From Azolla caroliniana (taxonomy: Eukaryota > Plantae > Polypodiophyta): 64,000 nucleotides of DNA. The DNA is taken from positions 12,276,001-12,340,000 of the forward strand of contig JBHGNT010000015.1 in NCBI GenBank assembly GCA_043228905.1. The letters are read 5' to 3'. Position 1 is the stretch's first letter. The number at the start of each line of letters is the position of its first letter. The notes below the pieces were generated by a model, which saw only the letters and a list, made by a program, of their open reading frames with translations, did not search any database and was not told where the DNA came from. A program made the position numbers and the translations under genes. Shown piece by piece: positions 49,582 through 61,400 of the stretch.

Positions 49582-50143
49582 ACTGTGTCGTGCCTTTCGG
49601 CTCCGGATCGTTGCGTGAGTCGGGTGGGAACCGCTGGGGTTTTGGACTAGGAAGAGGAGAGTTTTAAGGCTAATAAGAATATAAATATGTTGTAAGAAAG
49701 AGTTATAGCAAACTCGTGAATCCCACGAGTGTATTGTATTAGATTAATCAATATGAATATAAGAATATAAACTTCGGTTGAAAGAGAATGATATAGAATT
49801 CTCGTGAATCCCACGAGTATAGTTTATTAATTGGTGTTTTTTAGAAACATATCTAGTTTCCAAATATTTTTCACACACAATTACATTGTGCTCCCCATCC
49901 TTATGTAGTGATGAGGAAGTCTTAGTAATCCATGCTTTTTCTCTAACTATAGACCCCATGCTTTTCCTATAGATAGACTATATGCTTTATCTAAAGTGAT
50001 CATGCTTTTTTCTAACTTGTGCGTTTTTTATCATGCACGCTAGATGTGTATGTGTAGCTTTTTCTTTTGTTATGCGTTTTTCTAATGTTTATCCTAGCGT
50101 GAATTTACCTTTCTATGTGGGACATCTATGCTTTAACACTAAT

Positions 50144-50216
50144 GAAATGCTAGTGTAATGGTAAGACATTACATTATTAACATGGAGGTGCAAGGTTCGA
50201 ATCTTGCCCTATGCAT
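50144..50216 (+). promoter_or_regulatory. tRNA-like Pol III cassette in the H 5' LTR
   Basis: Identical to 47404-47476. Confidence 0.68.
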
Positions 50217-50724
50217 GTTCCATTTATTTTGCTATTTTCTTCTATTTCTTCATTTTTTATTGAATCTAATACTATATACGTTTTTCACGTAGTGTACAAA
50301 ATACACTACGACAGCGATCCAGGAATTCGTTGGGTGTCTTGCGTTTCCCAACAAATTGCGACTGCTTAGTCCCGGGCGCTTCGTTGGGTTTGTTATGGTC
50401 CTTCTTTGAAGTGCGTTAATAGCAAAGAACTATTTCAACGGCCTCTTCGAAGGATTTTGGATCCTTATCGTGCACTATTCAGTGATAGTCCGAATTGGGG
50501 TGCCATTGACAAAACAAGCTATCAACCAATTGTCCCCTTCTAGACCCGATTTTTGGATTTGGGTTCTAGCATGGTGAACATAGTCTTCTAGCGAGGAAAA
50601 TTTCCTGTTAGAGAGGTTCATTAAAGCTTGTGCTGCCTCGGTTCGAGAGGGAGGTTGCAGAAATTGGCCCTTAAAAACCATGACAAAATTTGTCCAGGTA
50701 TCGGGGAATTTCCCCATAGTACGG

Positions 50725-51832
50725 TGTCGTGAAGATCCGTCACTACGCGCGGATCGTGAGGCGGAACCGCCGGGGTTCTGGACCGGAAGGATTCAAAGTC
50801 GGTACAAGCTTTGGCGCAAGCTTTGGCGAGAAAGTACTTAAGATAGATTGGGAAAGAGAGAAGTTGAGATTAAACGATTGAGAGAGATTGATTGAACTTT
50901 TATCTTTGGATTTAAGAAACAAGTTACACGATCAATTTGATAACGAATTTCTTCTTCTTAATTTCATAACAAAAAAAAACACGTTTTTTCTCCTCCTTCA
51001 TTCTTTTATAAATGCTCTCATGCGTATGATGTATGTGAGGGTACAAGACATGCATAAAATGCATGTTTGCCATTTGGCCCTTATGTATTACATGTGGTGC
51101 ATGATAACCATGTCACTCATTTTAGCTCTCATGTATGAGAATTTACATGTAAAAGTACAATGATAGAAATATAAATTCAACTAAATGGCATGGCTTAATG
51201 GTAAGCCAATTGACTCCTAACTCGGAGGTGCAAGGTTCGAATCCTTACTTGCACACCTTGTATATATGTATATATATTTATATATTTATTTATCTAGTCA
51301 CCGGACGCCGGTTCGCCGGATGCCGTCAGTTACCGGTGCCTCGCCGGATGTTGTCACCTTTTCGTCGCCGGATACCGGTGCCGCTGCCGGATGCCGTCAC
51401 CTCACCGGCATCGGATGTCGTCGGTTACCGGTGCCTCGTCGGTCCGGTTTTGGGCTCCATCGTCGGTCCGATTTTGGTTGGCCAAAACCCTTTACGAGTA
51501 GCTAGCCCACCTCCACTCTTAGTTCAAGTTACCTTGAACTCTCTATGCTCCACACATAGACACAAAGATAATAGGTTTTGCTCTACCTTATATATGATGA
51601 GAGCCGTATTTGTCGTGCCTATGTGGGATATCTCACAATTTTCTCTTTTCCTTTCACAAACTTTATACCCTCATATCTTGACATTTAGTTGTCCGTTTCT
51701 CGTGTAATAAAGTGCATTCGAAACCTCCATCATTTGTACTTAGATATTAAATTTATTTAAAATTTTATCTTCACAATTATTGTATTATGTGATTCATACT
51801 CGATTTTGTACGTTTTATGGGATTTTCACAGA
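50725..51832 (-). mobile_element. Solo LTR I, a diverged relative of the H/F LTRs
   Basis: Starts TGTCGTG; shares GGATCG..GGAACCGC.GGGGTT.TGGAC; 4-bp TSD ACGG; removing it rejoins the N gag (WRGLR|TMGKFPDTW). Confidence 0.85.
51184..51256 (+). promoter_or_regulatory. tRNA-like Pol III cassette in solo LTR I
   Basis: A-box TGGCTTAATGG (51191); D-stem GCTT/AAGC; B-box GGTTCGAATCC (51234) with T-stem; acceptor and anticodon stems do not pair. Confidence 0.75.
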
Positions 51833-54362
51833 ACGGAGCCCACGCCACTAGGCGGCGGCCTTACCCCTGAGTTCTCGGCCGACATATGCAATCTTCGTAC
51901 TATCTGGCGTGGGATAGAGCTCAAAATGAGACTCCCATCGTCCCAGCCATGTGCAGATTTCTTCTTCGGTTCTTTCCTTTTTGTCTCCCGTAAATGGCTT
52001 AACGACAAATGATGGTTCACCTTGTCGCTCATCAGGTCAATTAGTCTCACGTTGTAGACTAATGACACGTGCCTCAAGAGCACTCTGAGATTGCTGAAGT
52101 TCGGTCATCTGTTGAGCGATGAAACTAAGGTATTGGGTTATTTGTGCCAAATACATCTCAGTGGACATTTGTCCAGGAGGATTCCCTTGAGTTCCTTCCG
52201 CTTGAGCGGATGACATCAGGTCGTTAATTTGAGCCATTAAAGATTATTTCTGGAAAAGAAATAGGATAAGGTCAAAGAGATAGTCATAACATCATGTCGT
52301 GATGTAAACATATCATGGGCAAACATTAATTGATATCATGATCTCACGTCAATACCCCTCTAGACGTATGAGATGAGGTTCAAGATCAGGTTACTATGGT
52401 AACACAAAGGTGTTTTAAAAACCATGGGGGTGACAAATAAATGTCTTTCCCTGATCTCTATATCGATTTTTTCATGGTGGCTCCCCGAGGCTCAACCATG
52501 TATGTTCGCGTCATGAATAGTTCATACACGAAAAAAATGTTAACAATAAACTATGTTTCGGCTCTTTAAGTCCTATTACGAGGACCCCGAGGTGCACTTA
52601 GACCTTCAGTCTAAACATGTGTTATAGTCATATGTATCAAGGATGTTGTATGGTCTTGGTCATATTTGAACTCGAGACCTCGAGAACAAATACATTAAAC
52701 ACTTGAGCCAACCAAGTAAGTTGCTCTTCTCGAATGCTTAATGTTTGATGCGTATAAGAGATATGCGAGGCAATTGATCATATATTTTTTTTTTAAAAGA
52801 ACATATATGTCAAGGGTCCTTATTTCGCCCTCATTTACCAAAACTATGTTGGTACGTTACCTAACCTCAAGTCTCGTAATTACGATGGCATACGCCAAAG
52901 TGCAACCTAATGGTCAAGCCAAATGAGCCCTTGTTTCGTAGTAGGCTCATGTGGGCCATCACATGGTCACGTGATTATGAATGCCTCTCGTAAGAACGAG
53001 CTCATTGTGGCATCGTATCCATGTAACGAGGGAGGGATGTTGGATACGTGCGTCATTGGAGCAACCTCACTTGAAGTGGGTCAAGCCCTACGTACTCAAC
53101 ATCATTATGGCTATTGGAGTTTCTTTACGTAACGAAATCGAGGTCATCAACGGGGTTATCAACAATAAAAAATTGTTGAAAAAGGGATGGTGACAACGCC
53201 ATTCTCACAAAAATGTGAGGACGGCCACCAACATCCTTTTCCTGACAAGGACAACTTTCGATATAATCACGTAATAACGAATATACACATATGTTTACTT
53301 ATCACATATATACGATCAAATACGTATATATGTGACCACATATGCCTATATTAAACATATCGTTATATTAAATAGCCACAAATGATGTGATCGAGATACG
53401 TAATCGAGGTATATACCTCTACGCACACGAAACATCCTCAAATAAGAGATCATCGTAATACGCAATTGAGGTATTGACCTCTTACGCATACGAAACCAAC
53501 CGCATATCGTTTACAACAAATCAAGGTATTAAACTCATACGCAAACGTAACATATGTTCGTGAACGTAATACGTAATTGAGGTATTAACCTCGTACGCAT
53601 ACGACACTCATCACATATTATTAATATGTCAAACGAGGTATTGACCTCGTGCACATATGTTAACGTTTTAGATAATCAATTAAAGACCACTACAACATCA
53701 TTGACTTAATGAAAAAAAATGACATATAAACTAAACACATGATTAGCTGGGAGAAGAGAGAATAGAAAAAAATTTCTGGAAAGAGTTACCGAAGTTCTTT
53801 GTTGATCGTTGTTTGGATCAAGGCCGACCGCACATCGATCGATCACCATCAATCAAACGACAAATGAAAAAAAAAAGAAATATTAGTACATAAATCTGAT
53901 ACCAAATATTAGAGATCTAAGTACTAAAGTAAGCTTAAGATAAGGATAAACAAATGATAGATAGAAAGGAGAAAGAGAAAGAAGGGTGCCGATCCACCCG
54001 ACCACCCCCGAGCGAAGGAATTGAGACGGACTCGAGCCTCGATCGGCGTCCCATACCACCACCATGGCGTCGAGTCGTACCTGGTGCTGGCGCGCTCGCT
54101 ACAAGAGTTGACCCACCACAAGAGCAGAGTCTCGATGTAGTCAAAAAGATGATCAAATGAGGGTAGCTAGGCCTCTTATTTATTGCGATACCCAAGGCCC
54201 CCAGGCAAGTTCACACTTGACCTAATGGGTTGTCTCAATCCCGAGGATTAAAAGTAATCCTCCCCTTCTTTACACTCTCGTTTAACCCTCACACTTATCC
54301 ACGTGTATAGAATACTACAGTAAATTCTCACCACGGGATATTAAATGGTCATGCCTGTAACA

Positions 54363-54594
54363 TGGGAGGAGGGTGCTTTATATAGTCATCCTCTCTCTTC
54401 ATTAACTACAAGACTCATGGTGCATGGGGAATGTGAAAGCTCATAAGTTATGTGTCATAGAATATGATTCTATGACTCGTACTAAATGCTAGAATACAAA
54501 GTGGTGACATAATGGTGACTCTTGACCGTTGGAGTGTCTATTCACTCTCAAGGTGAGTTCACACACTAGACTAAGTTGAGCTTGATTCTCAACA
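54363..54594 (-). repeat. Half of an A-family LTR, interrupted by N
   Basis: High identity to ~306-536; abuts the TGTAACA end of the N LTR. Confidence 0.9.
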
Positions 54595-55199
54595 TTATAT
54601 ATAGAGACAAGATGCAGTAAAGTAAGCGGAGATGTCATTGGATGTTGCAAGGTGTTTGCTGGAATCCAGCGAAGAGCATGCAAATATTATGTATAGATAA
54701 GATGCAGTAATACAAGGAACTCAACAAAATGTTGGAGCAGACAGTAATAATGCAACCGGTAAAGATGTAGAATTAAATGTTACCAAGAGTAAGCTACACC
54801 TGATGAAAGGGACTTAGGGAAGATGTAGCGGATGAAATTAGCATCAACATAGTAGACTTAGTAAACTTTTGTCAATGAATGAACTCTTAAGGTAAGAAAG
54901 AATGTTCTTCGGCCAGAGATGCTAGACTCAAATCTTCCTTTTATATAAGCAAAATGGTAGAGGCTGCCCAAATAGGGGAATGGTAAGAGATCTTCTACAA
55001 GCTGCTTTGCAGGACATTATGCCCACAATCAGAATGGTGCACCTACTGGGAATGAGTTTTTTTTCACATAGAATTGCAGGAGAATGCAAACATGAAGGAA
55101 AAATCTGGATGCTAGTCCACTCGACCTAAAATATGGAAAGGGCATCCCAATGGAATGGTTGGTCTCCTTCAATTTAACTGAGGTAAATGCTGAACTGGA

Positions 55200-55700
55200 A
55201 ATCCGAAACTTATCTCCATAGACTTCCCTAACATGGCGGTTAATTTGAAGCCTCTGATACCAGCCATTTGTGCCAAACTGGGCACTGTCTGTCCCCCAAA
55301 AAAGAATTAGGAGAACTAATCTGCGAAATGCCTGAAGTGAGGATCCTAGTAAACAACATTGAGAATCTACCGTCTAAATTAAATGTATATACTAAGGTCT
55401 ATGGATGGTATACAGAGGGCTGAGGGCTGACTAATGGTAGGAGATTTCAATATGCTAGAATCACAGTTGGACACCTTTGGGAATTCGAATGCATCAGTAA
55501 TCAAAGGGCAAGAGCTACATGCCTAGATCGATCTTACATGGAAAATGCAAATAGCAGATATGGTACTCAAGTCAATTTTGTCAAATGGATAACTCTTTAA
55601 AGTACTCAAGAGACCAAACCTAGAAATGTGTGGAGGGAATTTAGGAATTATCCCAGGTTCAGTTTTCTCAGATCACAAACCTGTACAAATTGTCTTCTCC
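55200..55700 (+). pseudogene. Old LINE endonuclease remnant
   Basis: LNVY, VGDFNMLE and FSDHKPV motifs in APE order. Confidence 0.65.
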
Positions 55701-57600
55701 TCTTGCAACATGCATTCTAAGTAATGTTAGGACAGAAATAACTCAATTGATGAGCAGTAGGCCAGTTTGACAAACCTTGGATACATGAACATAGTCGTTG
55801 ATCACGTACATGAACATAGTCATTGATCACTTCTCATATAAACGTAATTGATTTATTCATGCCCCTATGACAATAACTTAGTAAAGCAAAAAAAATTTGA
55901 TAGGTACTATATAATGAGATTATGGACTTGTTATATAATATCATGGTGGGAAAGTCTATCTTATCTACTTCAATTTTGATGATCACCAATGATCAAATAC
56001 CTAGTTGTAAAAGAAATGAAACATATGTGCTAGGTTTTCCATGCATCTTGATCAAACTTGAAAACAATTATAGCCATGGAATTTATTCTAGGTGCTACGA
56101 CATATGTTTTGACCAAGTTTGATTTGGTCAAGTGGTACATTTCTCAACAATTTCATATAAACATTTGTGTAGAATATATACTTCTAACTATTATTAACAT
56201 ATATAAAGGATACACTTTCGTTGAAAGCTTCATTCTTGGCTTTGAAATTATCGAAAAAGATTTAACTAGTAAATTTGCCGGTTGGTTTTCTCTTCTAGCA
56301 TGTACATCTCTTACCACGAAGTAAAATTATATAAAGATGAGGAATATCATATTTCAATGCGTCAAGCATTTATGTTAATGCTTACATGTATTGTCAAGAA
56401 AAGGGGAAGGAGAAGGGGACATGTAGGTTCTCAAGAACATCATCACTGTGTATGTGTTATGATGTGATCGAATAAAAGGTAAGACATCCTTTCATATGCA
56501 TATGTAGGAAGACGCTTATAAGTTGTACGTATAACTCATGAAATGATGTTTTGCATGACCAACTAATAAAAACTCATTACTTATGAGTGTGGACACAAAT
56601 TGTGTTTAGAAGAATTGCATGCAGATTATGAATTTGTCCTCGGTGATAGACAAATGCTCCCCATACCCAACTTGGAAAACAAAAAAGAAAAAAGAAACTT
56701 ATAAAATTGTAAAAGTTGAGAGGACAATAAAGGAAAGGCAAGGCACACTCCCAAATTTAATTGTTCATGAAAGGGAAGTATCAACTATTAAAAGTAATTA
56801 TTGGAGCTCCAATAGGAAAAATAGTTGTGGAAAAATAAATTTCTTATGTTTTCCAATCAACACTTCGAAATTGATAGCAAGAACATCAAGTTTACAATAC
56901 CTCATTTTATCCTTCATTGTTCTTCAATACACTCAAAATTTTTATATTCTAGAGTAACAAGCAATGATTTAAATATTTATCTTTTTAAACATGCAAAGAA
57001 TATCTAAAAAAGGAATTGAAAAGCAATAGGTATGCTTTAGAAAATTTCTTGTCTGATTCTATAAATCATGTCCACACGCATCTAAGGTAGAACATCTCAC
57101 ACATATTTTCATATTACAACGTACAATGTATTGTGTTACCACTTATTTTTCTTGTACATCCTCACTATGCTTATCGGGTACATGTATCTTGACAACAATC
57201 ACATTGTTCTATTAACTTGACCGCTAGAGAATATGGCCCAAAGTTTGGGACAAAGAGTGTCTATAGGCAATTTTATGTGATTGTGTACTTGCAAATGTGT
57301 GTATACGCATTTGTGTCTTAATTTGGTATAATCATTATATTGGTCTTGGAAAGTATAATGAATTTTGTGTGTGATTCAACTATAAAGTATTTGATTCTTC
57401 AAATTTCCAAACAAGCAATATTCCATGCAACCCATGATGCAAGGGTGAATGTATGTGTCTGCATTGGCAAATAAAATTGTTTGTGTGTTTATAATGCAAT
57501 AATTCAAGAACTATTACAACATTGAATTTGAAGCGCACATGTTATTTGTATTTTAGTGTTCGAGAGTAACGAGCCCTTAACAAAAATTTGTGAGAGAATG

Positions 57601-58406
57601 TTGGATGTTTGCCCTTGCTCATATAAATAAATCCACATATTCATGCATACAATGTTTACCTACATGGTGTACAAAATCATGACATTAAGAGAGGCTAGCA
57701 AATAAGTGAAGTTATGATGTTCTTAGTTTATATGGTTCACTTGATTTTATGGATCTATCATCTATCTCTCTTGCAATTGTAATTTGATGTTATAACTTTT
57801 CTTAATTCAACCATTCAATCCTGGCCTAATGCAAACACACATTTTTGTTTGTGTACATATACACAATCACAATTTTAAACAAATACTATAAATTGAGTAC
57901 ACACAATGTCCTTGTGACATGGTGTACCATATACATAATGCAATGTCCCTGTTGTAGGGTTTCCACGTAAACGAGTGTGTATTGTGTATTTTGTATTCTG
58001 TTTTGTATTTGTTCAGTCTATCTTTCTCGTCTATCGATGGTCCGAAATTCATCAACAAGGACATTGCATTATGTATATGGTACACCATGTCACAAGGACA
58101 TTGTGTGTACTCAATTTATAGTATTTGTTTAAAATTGTGATTGTGTATATGTACACAAACAAAAATGTGTGTTTGCATTAGGCCAAGATTGAATGGTTGA
58201 ATTAAGAAAAGTTATAACATCAAATTACAATTGCAAGAGAGATAGATGATAGATCCATAAAATCAAGTGAACCATATAAACTAAGAACATCATAACTTCA
58301 CTTATTTGCTAGCCTCTCTTAATGTCATGATTTTGTACACCATGTAGGTAAACATTGTATGCATGAATATGTGGATTTATTTATATGAGCGAGGGCAAAC
58401 ATCCAA
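57601..58406. repeat. Long inverted repeat (348-bp arms, 110-bp spacer)
   Basis: 57601-57948 is the reverse complement of 58059-58406, with two mismatches seen. Confidence 0.95.
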
Positions 58407-61400
58407 TCTTATTTACAAACAAATTTTCACTATATATTAGAGATACAAGAGGAAAAACATATTACAAACTTTGCAGATAAGTGTATCCACCACTTAGGGT
58501 TTTGGTGGCAAGTATATGTACCTCACTATGCCTTCCTTCTCTCACTCTTGTCTCCTTCCTACTTTCTTTGTATACAATGTTCTTCACCCTACTACATAAA
58601 GTTTGCCCTAGTTTCAAATATTTATAGAAGGAATAAGTTATTATGATTATATTATAATAATAGTAGTTAATCGTCCGATTGGTCCACTCGACTGTTTGAC
58701 CTACAAATCGACAGTCTAGTCGTTTCAACTAGTTGACTCTTATGTCGGCTATATAGTCGATCCGACTAGAAAACCTTGTCATCGACCATCCAGTCAGCCT
58801 ATCCCGCAATTGGTTCATCTAACCAATAAAGTCAACCTCCAAATTGATCGATCCCCAATTCTTCTCTCTCTAGTCGATCTGGTTGAGCCGACTGGTTGAC
58901 TCTTCATTTCCTCCACTCAGTCGACTACGAACTCGATTTTGATTGCTGATTCTCCCAATCGACAACCGACTTCTCCCATTAGGAGGAACATAATCCTAAC
59001 AAACTCCCCCTTCACTTTGGCAAGGAGAGTCGGCCAATCCTGTCTTCTGTTGACAAGCTCCGAGTCTATCCATAGGTAGGATTTTCGTGAGCTTGTCGGA
59101 TACCTTATCATCAGTATAGATCTTCACAAGGGTAAACTCTTTCTCATCCACTTTCTCTTGTAACTAGTGATACCTTCTCTGTATATGCCTGGTATGAGAG
59201 TGGTAAGTAGCGCTCTTGGCTAGATGTATGGCACTCTGGTTATCACAGTGAAGTAGGAATCTCTCTTGCTTCATTCCTAGTTTATTGAGAAAATTCTTCA
59301 TCCATATTAGTTCTTTTCCGGTCTCTACGGCAACCATATATTCTGCCTCTGTGGACGACAAAGCCACAACCTTTTGCAATCTCGACTGCCATGAATTTGC
59401 TCCCCCTTCATAGGTCATCACATAACTTGATGTGGATCGACTGGATTTTATATCCCCCGACATGTCTGAGTCAGTAAAACCTTCGAGCATAGGTTTTCTG
59501 AAAACATAACTAAGCCATACCCTTCAGGTGCCTTTCAAATACTTGAGTATTTATTTCACAACTGCCCAATGTTCTCTTCCTGGATTACTCATATATCGAC
59601 TTACTATTGCGACCGCAAATGCTATGCTTGGTCTCGTACAAACCATAGCATACATCATGCTGCTGACGGCCGAGGCGTATGGCACTTTCCTCATCTCGGC
59701 ATTGTCCTTTTCTCTTTTTGGACATTGCCAAGCATTCAACTTGCAATTTGTCAGCAATGCAGACCCTACTGGTTTTGCTTCCGACATGTTAAATCAAGTT
59801 TTAAAACCTTTGTCAAATACTTCTTTTGTGACAACCATAGCACATTCCTAGTTCTGTCTCGAACTATGTGCATCCCCAAGATTTGTTTGGCCGGTTCAAG
59901 ATCTTTCATGGCAAACGACTTGCCTAGTGCTTTCTTCAAGCTCGCAATCTTCTTGGTGTCTTGTCCGACCACTAACATGTCATCCACATATACCATTGTC
60001 ATGGAGCTTGGTTTAGACCGTACAAGCTCTTCCTTAGTCGACATACCAGATTCTCTTTTCTTTTCTCCACAAAACCTTTGTGCTGCTGCATATAGATTTC
60101 TTCATCTAATTCCCCATGCAAGAATGTTGTTTTGACATCCAATTGTTCTATTTCTAGATTCATACTAGCATCAATACTTAACACTGTTTGAATGGATGTC
60201 ATCTTTATGATTGGTGCAAAAATCTCATCAAAGTCAACCCCCTTTTTTCTGTTGAAATCCCTTTACTACAATTCGGGCCTTTTATCTAGGTGAGCTACCA
60301 TCTTCCCCATTTTTCAGCTTGAAGACCCATTTGTTTCTCAAGGCTATCTTATCTTTCAATAACTCTACCAAATTGTAAGTGTAATTTTCATGCAAGGAGT
60401 CCATTTCATGTTGCATTGCTCTCTGCCACTTCTCCTTGTGCTCATCTGCCATGGCATCTTCGTAACATTCTGGCTCATCTCATCTGAAGTCTATAGAACA
60501 TATTGGTTGGAGTATCGAGAGGGAGCTTTCCTTTGTCTAAGCGGTTATCTACCGACTCTTTACTGGGCTCAGGTTCATACATGTCGATCAGTTTCTGATG
60601 ATCGACCGATGTTGATTCGTATTCCTCAATTGATCTTTGTAGATCAGTCGACTCCGACTCATAGGTTGCTCCAAGTCAACTAATTCAGATTTGGTTATGT
60701 CAACTGGCTGTCTCCTAACACCAGGCTATGTAGAATCGACTAGTCCTTAGTCCTTCGTAGTGAGAGTCGATGAGGAAGATGACTCCGAATTTTGTTGTTT
60801 CCGGTCTTCAATCGTCTTGTCTTCCATAAATACTATGCCTCGACTCCTCACCGCTTTCTTGTTGAGTATATCCCACAACCTATAGCCTAATTCATCCTTT
60901 GAGTACCTTAGGAATATGCATGGTTTTGTCTTGTTGTCGAGTTTTGACCTTTGATACTTAGCAACATGCATATATGATAGGCATCTGAACAACTTGAAGT
61001 GTTGATAAGACACATCCTTACCTATCCATACCCGTTGTGGGAGATCACCTTTCAAGGGCATTGAGGGAGACTTGTTAATTAGATAGATTGCTGTTAACAT
61101 AACTTTAGTGCAATACGACTTTGGAAGCTTTGCATGTCACAACATGCTCCTCACTCTTTCCATTATGGTTCAATTCATCCTTTCTACAAGACCATTCAGT
61201 TCAGGGGTCGTAGGCACTGTATATTCGAGTCTTATGCATCGGGTCTTGCAATTACTCCCCTATTATTTTATATACATTTTCGAATGTACATGTGCACATT
61301 GCCGACTTTGCCCATTCCACCCGGTTTTCTCACCGTAGCCAGAAATCATCACGACATCGCACCTTTGTCTTTCTTAAGGTGTCAATAATCCTTTTGGAAG

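Larger units (their letters stand above)
46846..50313 (-). mobile_element. Element H: young non-autonomous gag-only LTR element, tRNA-Trp primed
   Basis: 728-bp LTRs 46846-47573 and 49586-50313 with one difference seen; 4-bp TSD GCGA; PPT at 47574-47585; no protease, RT or integrase catalytic motifs in the 2-kb interior. Confidence 0.95.
45273..54362 (-). mobile_element. Element N: decayed, 3'-truncated Ty3/gypsy hosting H and I
   Basis: RT at 45273-45960 ([17 protein letters not shown]); protease near 46590 (FLFDSGSSHNF); gag pieces at 50318-50724 and 51837-52237; ~1.65-kb leader; PBS TGGTATCAGA at 53895-53904; 5' LTR ~53907-54362. Confidence 0.85.

Noticed and set aside
51184-51256. Functional tRNA gene
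   Set aside because: Acceptor and anticodon stems do not pair; kept only as a tRNA-like promoter cassette.
55800-57600. Possible host gene exons (also 30480-31900)
   Set aside because: Short AT-rich ORFs with no recognisable domain or consistent splice pattern; small exons cannot be excluded without transcript data.
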